The notes under the pieces are model-generated. The model had not been told where the DNA came from. It saw only the letters and a list, made by a program, of their open reading frames with translations, and did not search any database. A DNA stretch of 64,000 nt from Candidatus Omnitrophota bacterium (GTDB lineage: Bacteria > Omnitrophota > Omnitrophia > Omnitrophales > Aquincolibacteriaceae): contig JAKJDL010000007.1 in NCBI GenBank assembly GCA_022705945.1, positions 9,000-72,999 on the forward strand. The letters run 5' to 3'. Below, piece after piece: positions 9,721-20,027 of this stretch. The stretch's first letter is position 1. Every line of letters begins with the position of its first letter. The position numbers were made by a program, and so were the translations under genes.

Positions 9721-11091
9721 CTAGCCCAGGGAGATGGTTTGGGGCACCATTTCATCAAACGTCTCTTGCCCGGATGTTTGATTGGAAGGCGCCGCAGAAG
9801 GCTCCGAAACTGGTGTTGATTGAATCTCGGGCGGACTCACGATATCGGTAACGTTTACGGGTATAGCCGGAGCGACAGGCACCGGGTCCTTTTTCGGAGT
9901 CAGCGTAAAATTCCTGAATTCCAATACACCTTTTTTAGACTCGCCTACCCGTTCATTGGTAAACACAAAAACCACCTCATTGATCAAAGTCGGTTTTTGC
10001 GCGTTAAATTTGAAATCCACCGGCGTCCATTCCCGAAGAAACCCACGGGCAGAATACTTCCGTAGAACGCTCCCCTTGGACTTAAGTTCGATAAAAAAAC
10101 TGTCGGGAAATCCCTCATCCCCTTTCCGGCGGGCATCAAAAATAAGTCCTTCATACTTGGAAATATCAAAATCCCTGGTTTTGATATACACGCCGACAAA
10201 CGAACCTGCGGGGAAAACATCATACTCGGTTTCCAGATAAACTTCCCCGCTGTCCGGGTCCTTAAAAAACTCCCTGCCGGCATATCCGACTTTCGGCGTA
10301 AAAAAAGTTCCGTGATCAAAAACAGCTTTTTCAAAAAAGTTCCCCGCCTTTTGGGCCAAATCAATCTGTTCGGCTTCCATCACCGCGGATTTGGCCAAAA
10401 GTTCGTAGCCTTCTTTAAGCTCTTGCCAGGTTTCCGCAGATATTTTGGCGGGCGACTGCACGCGTCCCTCCATCACCTCGGCTTCTTCCAGAGCCCGGAC
10501 GTTAAACATCGGACCCTTCCCGGACAAGGATCCCGGGCGGCTGACTTCAACCACACCGCGGAGAACCCCGACCCTGTTCTCATCCGCCTTTTCGGAAGCC
10601 TGGATCCGGAAAAGCGCTCCGAACGGTTTGGCGTCGAACTGGGGTGTACTCACCACAAATTCCGCCTTGTTGTCCGCGATCTTGCGGTCGAGGTTCTTCG
10701 CCATCGCGCCGAAAATCACTCCCTCGTCCAGCCCCAAACGATAAATTTCCACCTCTTTTTGAAGTTTGCATTCCCTGTTCACGAGCATCGAGTTTTCCTT
10801 GACCCGAAGCCGTACCGAATTTTCGACCTGGAGATTCAGGATGCCGTCCACGCCGGTGCGGATTTTTTGTCCGGCCTTGAATTCCTCGCCTCGCCTGGGA
10901 TCGCGCCATTCATGGTTTGAAAGATCGAAAATCTGGACCTGGCCTTCGAACCCGGTTATTTCATAAGCGAGAGGAACGGATGTCTCGGTAAAGGAGTGCA
11001 CTGCGAAAAAAACGGCGGCAATAACGAGAAAAATAATAACGGCGGGGACCAAAAACGCGGGACGCTTAGGCTTTTCAACTCGAATTTTCAT
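9721..11091 (-). CDS. FecR-domain membrane protein (N-terminal TM anchor, Pro-rich C-terminal tail)
   Basis: 456 aa; TM AFLVPAVIIFLVIAAVFFAV, then a FecR-like beta-sandwich region; no ECF sigma factor adjacent. Confidence 0.55.
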   Translation of the reverse strand: MKIRVEKPKRPAFLVPAVIIFLVIAAVFFAVHSFTETSVPLAYEITGFEGQVQIFDLSNHEWRDPRRGEEFKAGQKIRTGVDGILNLQVENSVRLRVKENSMLVNRECKLQKEVEIYRLGLDEGVIFGAMAKNLDRKIADNKAEFVVSTPQFDAKPFGALFRIQASEKADENRVGVLRGVVEVSRPGSLSGKGPMFNVRALEEAEVMEGRVQSPAKISAETWQELKEGYELLAKSAVMEAEQIDLAQKAGNFFEKAVFDHGTFFTPKVGYAGREFFKDPDSGEVYLETEYDVFPAGSFVGVYIKTRDFDISKYEGLIFDARRKGDEGFPDSFFIELKSKGSVLRKYSARGFLREWTPVDFKFNAQKPTLINEVVFVFTNERVGESKKGVLEFRNFTLTPKKDPVPVAPAIPVNVTDIVSPPEIQSTPVSEPSAAPSNQTSGQETFDEMVPQTISLG

Positions 11092-11176
11092 GTGCGCATT
11101 TTACCTTTACGAATCAGGTCTGTCCATTAAATCTTTGCGACGTCGAACGGGACAGATATGAAAAAAGTCAGCTTCT

Positions 11177-11250
11177 GGGCAATAGAGGATTCGAACCTCT
11201 GACCCCTTCCGTGTGAAGGAAGTGCTCTAACCAACTGAGCTAATTGCCCG
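11177..11250 (-). tRNA. tRNA-Val (anticodon CAC)
   Basis: Cloverleaf GGGCAAT/ATTGCCC acceptor, GGTTCGAATCC T-arm, anticodon loop TTCACAC; no encoded CCA. Confidence 0.9.
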
Positions 11251-11356
11251 GGAGCTGGACAAATCCGAAAATGTTCGCCGGGAGGGAACTCTCATGAAAC
11301 TACGGTCCGAATAAGCAGCCGCCAAGCAGCCCCGTCGAAAAGCGTTAATAAAAACC

Positions 11357-11911
11357 TCACGCCCGTCCGACGTATTCCCCTGTATCCGTATTGATCTTGA
11401 CGTCATCTCCCTCATTAACAAAAAGGGGCACGTTGATCTTGAGTCCCGTTTCGCAAACCGCGGTCTTTGTATTGTTCGAAACAGAATCCCCCTTGATCCC
11501 GGGAGGAGCTTCGGTAACTTTTAGAACAACAATCCCCGGCACTTCGGGGAACACCGGCTTATCCTCATGGAAATCGATCTTGATCTCCATATTCTCCTTC
11601 AGGTAATACTTCTTGTCTCCGAGAACATCCTCGCTGAGCGCGAACGAGTGATAGCTTTCCATATCCATAAAATGATAGCCCATGTCATCTTTGTAAAGAT
11701 ATTGGCACTGCTTAGGATCCAGGATCACGCGAGGAAGATACTCATCCGGGGAATAGCGGTTCTGAATGACCCTTCCGTTTTTCAAATTTTTGAGGGTGAT
11801 TTGAAAGAAAGCCCTGAGATTCCCCGGGGTGCGGTGAACCGCTTCGGTCACGAGATGGATCTCGTTTTGATACATAACCGTAGCTCCTTTTTTCACTTCT
11901 TTGACTTGCAT
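11357..11911 (-). CDS. efp: Elongation factor P
   Basis: 184 aa; KGDSVSNNTKTAVCETGLKINVPLFVNEGDDVKINTDTGEYVGRA. Confidence 0.9.
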   Translation of the reverse strand: MQVKEVKKGATVMYQNEIHLVTEAVHRTPGNLRAFFQITLKNLKNGRVIQNRYSPDEYLPRVILDPKQCQYLYKDDMGYHFMDMESYHSFALSEDVLGDKKYYLKENMEIKIDFHEDKPVFPEVPGIVVLKVTEAPPGIKGDSVSNNTKTAVCETGLKINVPLFVNEGDDVKINTDTGEYVGRA

Positions 11912-11982
11912 AACGGGGCACTCCTTATTGAAGATAACGTTTGAATGTGATCTCAGAGGGCGGGATTATAGCAATATCCGCT

Positions 11983-12678
11983 TCAGCAGACAAGGCTTAT
12001 GACGCTCAGTGTCCTCTCAGAGGTCAAATGCTCGCGACGGTAAGAAAAAAAGGAATCATTCCGGCAGGCCGTACAGATTCCGGTGTCATGGATCCGCTCT
12101 CCCCCGATCCCGATTGAAGCCAGTTGACGGCGGATAACCTCCGCAAGGTCTAGCCGACCCTTGCCGGACCCTGCGGCATGATAGCATCCGGGAAAATAAC
12201 GGCTGAACTCAGGCCCAACCTCATAACAACATGCTCTGATCGCGGGCCCAAAAGCTACCTTAAGGTCGCCGGGCAAAACTCCATAATGGCTTTGAAAAAA
12301 ATCTATCATGTTCGGAACAATGCCCTGCTTGATGCCTTTCCATCCTCCGTGAGCAATACCGAGCGCACGGCCTTTTTCATCAGCAAAAAAAACCGGCACA
12401 CAGTCGGCCGTCCGTATCCCGAGGACAACTCCCTTTTTGTCCGTTATAAGCCCGTCCGCGGGAGATTCAGGATCATGGGAAGCCGGATGATCCACCCGGA
12501 GAACCACGGCTCCATGAACCTGTTTAACCATTACAAGATCCTCGATCTTTAATCCCAGGCCCCCGAGGAATAAATGTCTTTTGGAATTATCAAGATTACG
12601 GCCGGAATATCCGGCCACGACCGAAGCCCCGAAACAATCCAGACGATAAACTCCCGTTACCGTTTCAATCGCGCTCAT
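11983..12678 (-). CDS. pgeF: Peptidoglycan editing factor PgeF (YfiH/DUF152 laccase-domain protein)
   Basis: 231 aa; VHGAVV, GIRTADCVPV, HGGWKG conserved Cys/His motifs. Confidence 0.8.
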   Translation of the reverse strand: MSAIETVTGVYRLDCFGASVVAGYSGRNLDNSKRHLFLGGLGLKIEDLVMVKQVHGAVVLRVDHPASHDPESPADGLITDKKGVVLGIRTADCVPVFFADEKGRALGIAHGGWKGIKQGIVPNMIDFFQSHYGVLPGDLKVAFGPAIRACCYEVGPEFSRYFPGCYHAAGSGKGRLDLAEVIRRQLASIGIGGERIHDTGICTACRNDSFFSYRREHLTSERTLSVISLVC

Positions 12679-14816
12679 GCGGACGTCCCGGGACCTTCAT
12701 CCTCGAAAAAGGATTCCGCTGTCAAAAGCTTTTCGGCGCTTTTCATTTCAGGGTCCGAGTGGAAGCGTTTGCGGATCGCGCCGTCATTCAGGTAATTGTT
12801 GATCGCGATCAGGACCATACCCTGATCGAGTGCGTAATATTTTCTGGCAACCCTGCCTGTCGCCACCTCCACGGAATCGTAAAAACCATATTCGCCGTAA
12901 ATATCATAAAGCTCCGCGAGGCGGCGCAAGTTTTTGACGGCTTCCGCCGGGGCATATTCAAGCGCTAACACGGACGCATGCGGCGTGACCACCCCCGCCT
13001 TGTAGCCCTTGATCCCGAACGGCTTGGCCCCGTATTCCGAATAGGTGCCTCCGGGAACGGAACACGGGCTCATTCCCCACACCGGCATTTCCAGTTCTTC
13101 CAAAGCGTAACGGATCTGTCCGCGGACATGAACCCGGTTGTTCTCTCCGAGCCCTCGGGGTGCGAGTTCCCCCTCCGAAAGTACAAGCGTCGGCATCAAC
13201 GCCTCAAAAGCGGAGCCTCCCCAGCTCGGAACGTATGGCAAGCCCTTCCATTCGTAAAATCCGCCCCGAAAACGGTGTCCCAGGACGGTCTTTTCAACTC
13301 GCCGCCTGGGTGATTGTGATTGCCAGCCGTAATCGGCCGGAAAGGTCCGGACAGGTCCCGCGAACCAGTGTTCCTCGGGAACATCACCCCGGGCAATGGC
13401 CATATACGATGTGGCACGAGGTTCCGCGTAGAAAACTCCGTAGTGATAATCCGAATAGACATCCAGGTTGGCATAGTAACCGTGATACATCTGTTTTTCG
13501 ACCGCATCGTAAAAAAAACCGAGATTCCCGCGGTCCAGGAGCCGCTTGACCTGCTCACCTACTTCATCAGGAAACGCGCCCTTGGCCACATAGAGGCCCA
13601 GCATCAGCCACCCGCTGTCCACGAATGAAACAAAGTAGCTCGTTTTATCGAGCATCGTCGTATCGTAATAATTATAGGGAAAACCGCTCGAGTGATATTC
13701 GAGCCGCTCAACCGTGTCCAAGGTGCCGCGGATCCGCTCAACCGCATTTTCTCCGGTAATCAAACCGAGGTCAAATGCGCTCACGATCGACATGAGATAG
13801 ACGCCGACATTGGTCACGTTGGTGTAATCCCCGATCCATAATCCGTCACCGTCCGAGGAATCGGCACCAAGCTTGATATTGTCCAGCGGAAGCTGGTTTT
13901 TGGCATCGATCACGAAATCGAAATATTTCCATGTGTCCCGGGCAACCTCCCTAAGAAATTCCCGGTCATCCCCGGAGAAATCTTTTTTTACAAGGACCTC
14001 GGAGGGGAATCCGCGAAGCCTGCCGATCAGAAATCTTTGATATTCCGGAGTATCGTGGTGCAGATCCGTCTTCAAACCCGTACACTGAGGCTGATCCACG
14101 GCACTCGGTCCCGGATTTCCGGTACGCACGAATCGGATATTATCAATGAAAATACGCCCCGATTTTTTTGTGACAAAAAGATCATTGAAAATAATGATCA
14201 GTTCGTCGAGGCCGTCATAACTTTTCTTGGGATCATTCCACACATCGGGATCCGCAAAGTCGATCAGTCCCGTCAGTTTGTTAAGCGGTATCCTGACGGT
14301 TGACCAGTCCGCAGTAACCGGGATGACGGCGGATCCCTGAATCGTCTCGGAGCAAATCTCATCAACGCACTTTTTGATCTCGAGCCTGAATTTTTCCGTA
14401 AATCCCCGGTCGGGATCTCCCTTGATCTCGAATTCCAGATGGTCATATTCCCTTCCGTCAATATCCATCAGTTTGGTCCAGAAACCGTTTCGGGCCGGAA
14501 CATCCGAATCGACACTGTAACTGAGGCGGAGAACCCGGGACTCGCTGCCGTCCGCTCCGGGCATCGTTACCACGGTCGCGTCCGTATACGAATTATTGAC
14601 ATCCGAGGGATCAAGATTCCAGTCCCCGCTCGCTCCTCCGAGGTTATTGATCAATCCATCCTCAAAATCTGCGACGATTTTGACAACGGGGAGAACGGTC
14701 GCGGGACTTCCCGGTATCGCGGGATCGTCTCGAGAAACACCGGCCGAAGCCGAAAGCTGATCCGCGCATCCGGCAGCAAACAGGGCCAGCACAAGGAACC
14801 CCACAAAATTTCGCAT
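12675..14816 (-). CDS. Lipoprotein with an N-terminal beta-sandwich domain and a glucoamylase-like (DUF3131/GH144-like) alpha/alpha-barrel domain; putative beta-glucan hydrolase
   Basis: Lipobox LALFAAGC after a start at 14816; C-terminal 450 aa recognised by pattern only (YxxYDxxxLD, GYYANLDVY, WGMSPCSVPGG). Confidence 0.45.
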   Translation of the reverse strand: MRNFVGFLVLALFAAGCADQLSASAGVSRDDPAIPGSPATVLPVVKIVADFEDGLINNLGGASGDWNLDPSDVNNSYTDATVVTMPGADGSESRVLRLSYSVDSDVPARNGFWTKLMDIDGREYDHLEFEIKGDPDRGFTEKFRLEIKKCVDEICSETIQGSAVIPVTADWSTVRIPLNKLTGLIDFADPDVWNDPKKSYDGLDELIIIFNDLFVTKKSGRIFIDNIRFVRTGNPGPSAVDQPQCTGLKTDLHHDTPEYQRFLIGRLRGFPSEVLVKKDFSGDDREFLREVARDTWKYFDFVIDAKNQLPLDNIKLGADSSDGDGLWIGDYTNVTNVGVYLMSIVSAFDLGLITGENAVERIRGTLDTVERLEYHSSGFPYNYYDTTMLDKTSYFVSFVDSGWLMLGLYVAKGAFPDEVGEQVKRLLDRGNLGFFYDAVEKQMYHGYYANLDVYSDYHYGVFYAEPRATSYMAIARGDVPEEHWFAGPVRTFPADYGWQSQSPRRRVEKTVLGHRFRGGFYEWKGLPYVPSWGGSAFEALMPTLVLSEGELAPRGLGENNRVHVRGQIRYALEELEMPVWGMSPCSVPGGTYSEYGAKPFGIKGYKAGVVTPHASVLALEYAPAEAVKNLRRLAELYDIYGEYGFYDSVEVATGRVARKYYALDQGMVLIAINNYLNDGAIRKRFHSDPEMKSAEKLLTAESFFEDEGPGTSA

Positions 14817-14866
14817 TATCGACAGAATCGGGAACGGGCGTTTTGCAAGATCGGATCGAGCTGACA

Positions 14867-15931
14867 TCATAAATAGCCTTTCAGTTTGGTCCAGGTGAGC
14901 TTCCCGACGACACCGTCGGCCTGAAGCCCGTTGGCGGCCTGGAATTTTTTCGTCGCTGACAGTGTCATGGGACCGAAATTACCGGTCACGGGTCCTTTAA
15001 AATAGCCGGCCCTCTTCAAAGCCGTCTGGATTTTTTTTACTTTTGTGCGGTTATTAAGCTTGCGGTTTATGAGGATCGGGTTCTTCTTTTGAGGTTTCGT
15101 AATTGACGGCGGAAACGCTGCCAATTTCTTGAGATCCAGCCATAGGTCAGCACGCTTCGGCGCCCCCATGAGACCCACCAGCATGTCCCGGTTGCTGACA
15201 CGGATTCGGCCCGCGAAACAGTGTTTTGCCATCCGGGTATATCCGGTTTTTCCGAGAATTTCCCGGCCGCCGGAATTCCAAAGCATTTTATTGGTGTTAC
15301 GGAGAGCGAAAGTTCGCCCGTTGATACTTTTTATTGTTGCGGACCGTTTCCGAAGCGTCTGGACAATAAGCGGGTATTTTTGAGCCGCAGCCGTAATTTT
15401 GGCGAGATCATAGGCGGTCGAATACTGACCTTGAGCCGGAAGTCCGGCAGGGCTCACAAAATGAGAATGACGCGCACCGATCGACCGGGCTTTAGCATTC
15501 ATCCGGGAGGAAAAAGCCCGGACCGTTCCGGACGTGGCGATAGCGAGAGCGTAGGCGGCATCGTTTGCCGAACAGAGAAGCATGGCCTGCACAAGGTCGC
15601 GGACATAAAATCTTTCACCGGCCGCGATGTGGAGTTTGGAGGGCTGGACCGCGGTCGCAGCCGTGGCAACACGGACGACCTCATTGGGACCCAGATGGTC
15701 CAGGACGACCATCACGGAGAGAAGCTTTGCCGTGCTGGCCGGAGCGCGTCTCGAATAGGGTGCGCGGGAATACAGGATCGCATGGGATTTCGCGTCAAGC
15801 ACAACAAAAGAAGCGGCGGAAAGCGGCATCGCACCCGCCTCGGCAATTCCAGATGACAGGAGCCCCCAAACAAGGGTGCCGATAATCAAAAACCGGTTTT
15901 TCTTCATCACCCTCAAGATAAAAAAATTCAT
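14867..15931 (-). CDS. D-alanyl-D-alanine carboxypeptidase (S11, PBP5/6-like) with a C-terminal peptidoglycan-binding domain
   Basis: STAKLL (SxxK), SANDAA (SxN), KTGYT motifs; C-terminus LKRAGYFKGPVTGNFGPMTLSATKKFQAANGLQADGVVGKLTW is PG_binding_1-like; the start may be the internal ATG at 15907. Confidence 0.8.
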   Translation of the reverse strand: MNFFILRVMKKNRFLIIGTLVWGLLSSGIAEAGAMPLSAASFVVLDAKSHAILYSRAPYSRRAPASTAKLLSVMVVLDHLGPNEVVRVATAATAVQPSKLHIAAGERFYVRDLVQAMLLCSANDAAYALAIATSGTVRAFSSRMNAKARSIGARHSHFVSPAGLPAQGQYSTAYDLAKITAAAQKYPLIVQTLRKRSATIKSINGRTFALRNTNKMLWNSGGREILGKTGYTRMAKHCFAGRIRVSNRDMLVGLMGAPKRADLWLDLKKLAAFPPSITKPQKKNPILINRKLNNRTKVKKIQTALKRAGYFKGPVTGNFGPMTLSATKKFQAANGLQADGVVGKLTWTKLKGYL

Positions 15932-15963
15932 TGGCCTCTGACGACCCCTGGAATTAAAAAACG

Positions 15964-16037
<74 letters not shown>

Positions 16038-16053
16038 ATGATATTTAACTGTA

Positions 16054-17463
16054 TCAAACCCTTTTTCTCGAAAAAGCGTGTATTGCGCGGCCGTAAAACA
16101 TCTCGGCACATTCCGTCAGTGTTTCCGAAAGGGTCGGATGGGGATAGACCATATCGCCGAGCTCCCCGGCGGTCATCCCGAGCTCAACCGCCATCACGGC
16201 CGCCGAAATCAGCTCACCGGCTCCCTTCCCGCAAATCCCCGCCCCGATAATCTTTTCCGTCGCGGGGTCTATTATGAGCTTGGTAACGCCCTCTGTGCGG
16301 CCAACCGCGGCCGCGCGGCCGGACGCTGACCACGGGAACCTCACTACCTGGACATGAACATTCCTGATACGAGCTTCAGTCTCCGTAAGCCCGCACCAGG
16401 CAACCTCGGGGTCCGTAAAAACCACGGCAGGAATGACCGGCGTTTTTACCGGGACGCTCTCCCCCAAAATCGCGTCCACAGCTATCCTGGCCTCCCGGGA
16501 TGCTTTATGCGCGAGCATCACACCTCCGGTTACATCACCCACCGCATAAACCGAAGGTGAAGCCGTTTGCTTTGAATCATCCGTTACAATAAATCCTTTC
16601 TCATCCACTTTGATTCCGGCGCTTTCAAGATTCAAACCTTGAGTCGAAGAAACCCGTCCCACCGAAACCAAAACCCGGTCGAACTTTTCTTCAAACACTT
16701 TCCCGCCGGTTTCGATCGCGGCCTTTATAAGGCCGCCTTCCTCCGCGAGATTCAAAACCCTGGAGGCGAGATAAACATTTTTAAAACGTTTCCGGGCCGA
16801 CTCATCGACATACCGCACAAGATCCTGATCAGCACCGTTCAAAAGCCCCTCGAGAGCTTCCACAACCGTCACTTCGCTTCCGAGCGAGGCGTAGACGGCG
16901 CCAAGCTCCATCCCGATATACCCCCCCCCGATCACAAGTAATTTGCCCGGAATGTCCCGGAGATCGAGCGCCTCGGTTGAAGTCATCACCCGCGGGTTCC
17001 CGATTTTAAAAGGTTGCGGAATGGCCGGAAGTGACCCTGTCGCAATAATCGCATTTTTGAAACTGATCCGCCGACCGCCCGCCCTGATCGCTGTCGCGTT
17101 CTCAAAAGAAGCTTCGGCGCGGACTACCTTGACCCCCCTCCGGGCAGTCAGGTTACTAATACCCTGAGCTAACTTCTCTAAAATTCCCGATTTCCAATCC
17201 TGAAGGACAGACAGATCAACGGAAAATCCCGAGAATCCGATTCCGAATTTTTCAGCTTCCCCGGCCGCATCAATCGTGCCGGCAGCATGCAGAAGCGCCT
17301 TGGACGGAATACATCCCCGATTCAGGCACACGCCTCCAAGCCGACTGTCTTTTTCGACCAGGACGACCGTCTTGCCCTTTGCCGCGGCATACAAGGCTGC
17401 GGTGTAGCCTCCCGGTCCGCCTCCGATAACAACAATGTCCGTTTCGAGATTTTCCATAAGCAT
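16054..17463 (-). CDS. lpdA: Dihydrolipoyl dehydrogenase
   Basis: 469 aa; GGGPGGY FAD site, GGVCLNRGCIPSK redox-active disulfide, C-terminal HPTLSE. Confidence 0.9.
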   Translation of the reverse strand: MLMENLETDIVVIGGGPGGYTAALYAAAKGKTVVLVEKDSRLGGVCLNRGCIPSKALLHAAGTIDAAGEAEKFGIGFSGFSVDLSVLQDWKSGILEKLAQGISNLTARRGVKVVRAEASFENATAIRAGGRRISFKNAIIATGSLPAIPQPFKIGNPRVMTSTEALDLRDIPGKLLVIGGGYIGMELGAVYASLGSEVTVVEALEGLLNGADQDLVRYVDESARKRFKNVYLASRVLNLAEEGGLIKAAIETGGKVFEEKFDRVLVSVGRVSSTQGLNLESAGIKVDEKGFIVTDDSKQTASPSVYAVGDVTGGVMLAHKASREARIAVDAILGESVPVKTPVIPAVVFTDPEVAWCGLTETEARIRNVHVQVVRFPWSASGRAAAVGRTEGVTKLIIDPATEKIIGAGICGKGAGELISAAVMAVELGMTAGELGDMVYPHPTLSETLTECAEMFYGRAIHAFSRKRV

Positions 17464-17550
17464 TCTTTAAAGAAACCCTCAGATTCCACAATGAGCGCTG
17501 GGGCTTCACTGAGTGTGAGCAGGTCGTGAAACTCCGCAATGTCCGACATT

Positions 17551-17579
17551 CTAACAAAAGAACCCGTGAAAGGAACGGG
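17551..17579 (-). terminator. Rho-independent terminator after prmA
   Basis: Minus-strand hairpin CCCGTTCCTTTCACGGG followed by TTCTTTTGTT, 4 nt after the prmA stop. Confidence 0.5.
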
Positions 17580-17583
17580 ATTC

Positions 17584-18510
17584 TTACCGGAAAGACTTCC
17601 GATAAAGTGCCGAAGCCCAACTCCGTCCCGGAATGGTACGGATCAACCGAAACCGTCGATCGAAAAAACGTTTTTTAAAATCGATAAAATTCCGCCCGGA
17701 GATACCTGACACCGCCAGATAACCTCCGGGGTTCACCAAACCCTTCAGGCAACTTCCGTATTCAAGGAGCGTCCGTGAAAGCAAGTTGGCGCCGACAAGG
17801 TCGAACTTCCCGATCCCGGGAAGCTTCTTCAGATTCGCCCTGAAAAAGGATCCTCCTCCGCACTCATTTAATTTGAAGTTTTTCTCCGCGATTTTCACCG
17901 ACATCGCATCATTATCGAAACCTGTCACTGACCGGGCACCGAGTTTGGCCGCAATGATCGAAAGAACGCCGCTCCCGCATCCCGCGTCGAGAAAGCTCTC
18001 AAACTTCCCTTCCAGCCCCTCGATTAACCGGATCATCAACTTTGTCGTATCATGTCCGCCTGTCCCGAATGCGCTTCCGGGATCCAATAACACGGCAATA
18101 CGTTTTGAAGCGTTCGCCGGCGCTTTTTTCCAGGCCGGAACAATCAAGAACTTTTTTCCTGCCGTCATTACGCGGTAACTATCTTGCCATTTATAAAACC
18201 AGTCCCTCGGACGCAGCAATCGTCCGGAAACCCGTAACCCGGCGATTCCGATTTTCTCCAGCTTTTGGATCAGTTTTGCGCGAGTATTTGCAGAGAAACC
18301 GTAACCGCTCATCCGATATCTTTTTTTATAATCCCATATCACGAGTTTTTCCGAAGGGATACCGGCATCAAGAAAGACTTTTCGCAAAAGCTGTTTTTCG
18401 ACGTTGGAGAGTCCGCGGGCAGAAACACTAAATTCACGCAGACGGCTTGGGATCAACACCGCCGGCACGATTGACTCGTTATTCAAGCGGGTAATCCCCG
18501 AGTTTGACAA
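17584..18510 (-). CDS. prmA: Ribosomal protein L11 methyltransferase
   Basis: 308 aa; FGTGGHDTT, DAGCGSGVLSI SAM motif; the annotated start overlaps the upstream gene by about 30 nt, so the true start may be a downstream alternative. Confidence 0.8.
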   Translation of the reverse strand: MSNSGITRLNNESIVPAVLIPSRLREFSVSARGLSNVEKQLLRKVFLDAGIPSEKLVIWDYKKRYRMSGYGFSANTRAKLIQKLEKIGIAGLRVSGRLLRPRDWFYKWQDSYRVMTAGKKFLIVPAWKKAPANASKRIAVLLDPGSAFGTGGHDTTKLMIRLIEGLEGKFESFLDAGCGSGVLSIIAAKLGARSVTGFDNDAMSVKIAEKNFKLNECGGGSFFRANLKKLPGIGKFDLVGANLLSRTLLEYGSCLKGLVNPGGYLAVSGISGRNFIDFKKRFFDRRFRLIRTIPGRSWASALYRKSFR

Positions 18511-19288
18511 ACCGGAACCCTTTCGATTTTAACTGCCGGAGCGTTTGGCCGAGCATGGTCGATACCTGCGGGTTTGTCCGGGCAATCGGAAAAGACGCGA
18601 TCGAGCCCGGAATTCCTTTCAGCATAAAATCACAGACCTCCTTCGGCCCCGCTCCGTCCGAAGCTCCTGTGGATCCTACGACCTCATAACCGAGCGCGCG
18701 CGCGATCCCGACGGCAACATCATCATAATAAAACGACGCGGAACGAAAAAACCGGGGCAGCGATCCGGTTAAAAACTCGATTTGCCTGGCATTTTTTTCG
18801 ATCTCGGAAAACACCTCTTCGACACTTTTCGCGGGCACCTTCCCTTCGGGAACCTTGTCCCCGTTAACGGTGCAGGATTTCTCTTCCAGACCCAGATTGG
18901 CTATTTCAAAGAACGGGTTGGATGCGATTCGCGTGACAAGTTCCGGATTTTTTTCGATCCGGAAACCGCTCACAAAAAAAGTCGCGGGAATCCCCTCCTT
19001 TTCGAGAAAGTCCAGAAACGCCTCGTCAGGAAAGTCCCCTTCGCGGCCGCAAACGTTGAACGTCACGGCCATGACCTTTTCGGAACTATTTATACGCGTC
19101 CTGACTCCGGAAACGATCTCACCCGCTTCTCGGGGTTTTTCATCCGAAAATTCAAGGGCTATGATCTCTTGAAGCACCTTATAATCTTCGGTTTCGGGAA
19201 CCGGAGCGGCCTTCACCGGCATCTCGGGAAGTAATAAAAGAAATGCCGGGAAAATCATCATAACCGGCATGCTGGAAAGGCGTTTCAT
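18479..19288 (-). CDS. Secreted polysaccharide deacetylase family protein (NodB-like/divergent)
   Basis: Signal peptide MKRLSSMPVMMIFPAFLLLLPEMPVKA from the start at 19288; assigned by fold-family resemblance only. Confidence 0.5.
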   Translation of the reverse strand: MKRLSSMPVMMIFPAFLLLLPEMPVKAAPVPETEDYKVLQEIIALEFSDEKPREAGEIVSGVRTRINSSEKVMAVTFNVCGREGDFPDEAFLDFLEKEGIPATFFVSGFRIEKNPELVTRIASNPFFEIANLGLEEKSCTVNGDKVPEGKVPAKSVEEVFSEIEKNARQIEFLTGSLPRFFRSASFYYDDVAVGIARALGYEVVGSTGASDGAGPKEVCDFMLKGIPGSIASFPIARTNPQVSTMLGQTLRQLKSKGFRFVKLGDYPLE

Positions 19289-19296
19289 CGTTCGAA

Positions 19297-19893
19297 TCAT
19301 TTCTCCCTCTGCTGTTTCCGCTTCTTTATCATCGGTCGTTTCCGGCATTCTTTGAGGAGTCTCCGGACAACCCCTTGAGGAAGCCCCACGACATTCGAAT
19401 AGGAACCTTGGATGCTTTTCACGATCCTGGGGCCCTCCTGAATGGCATAGGCACCTGCCTTATCGAGAGGATTCACACTTCGCAGATAATCCCGGATAGC
19501 CTTCGGTGAAAGCTTCCTGAAGCTGACCCGGGTCCGTTCATGCCCCGCGAAGAAAAGCTCTCTCTTCCTGTCCCAAAGGACCACGCCGGTATGAACTTCG
19601 TGGACTTTTCCGGAAAGAGACCGGAGCATTCTTGCGGCCTCGGCGCGGGAACGGGGCTTTCCATAAAACCGCTGGCGCCATACAAGGGTATCCGCGGCAA
19701 GCACATATCGGGCCGTCCGGGGAAGACTCGCGTTGCGGACTTTACCAAAAGCGTGCTTTAAAACAAGGTCGCGTGGAGAACAGGCTGGCAGGATGCGCTC
19801 CCGGTATAAACTCGGCACCACGCGGAATTTGATTTTCAAATTCTTGAGAATCGCCTTCCTACGGTCAGATTGTGAGGACAGGTAGATCAGCAT
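19297..19893 (-). CDS. maf: Maf-like nucleoside triphosphate pyrophosphatase (septum-formation protein)
   Basis: 198 aa; IYLSSQSDRRKAIL, VLAADT, GAYAIQ motifs. Confidence 0.85.
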   Translation of the reverse strand: MLIYLSSQSDRRKAILKNLKIKFRVVPSLYRERILPACSPRDLVLKHAFGKVRNASLPRTARYVLAADTLVWRQRFYGKPRSRAEAARMLRSLSGKVHEVHTGVVLWDRKRELFFAGHERTRVSFRKLSPKAIRDYLRSVNPLDKAGAYAIQEGPRIVKSIQGSYSNVVGLPQGVVRRLLKECRKRPMIKKRKQQREK

Positions 19894-20027
19894 GAGCTTC
19901 TCTCACGAAAAAACCGGATTTTTAAAAGCAGAACAGACTTGATCATTGGGAACGGATCAGACCCGGACCGTCCATTCTCCGTAGATTATTTTCGCTTCGA
20001 TAAAAGCGGAAATGTGCATGGGGAAAA

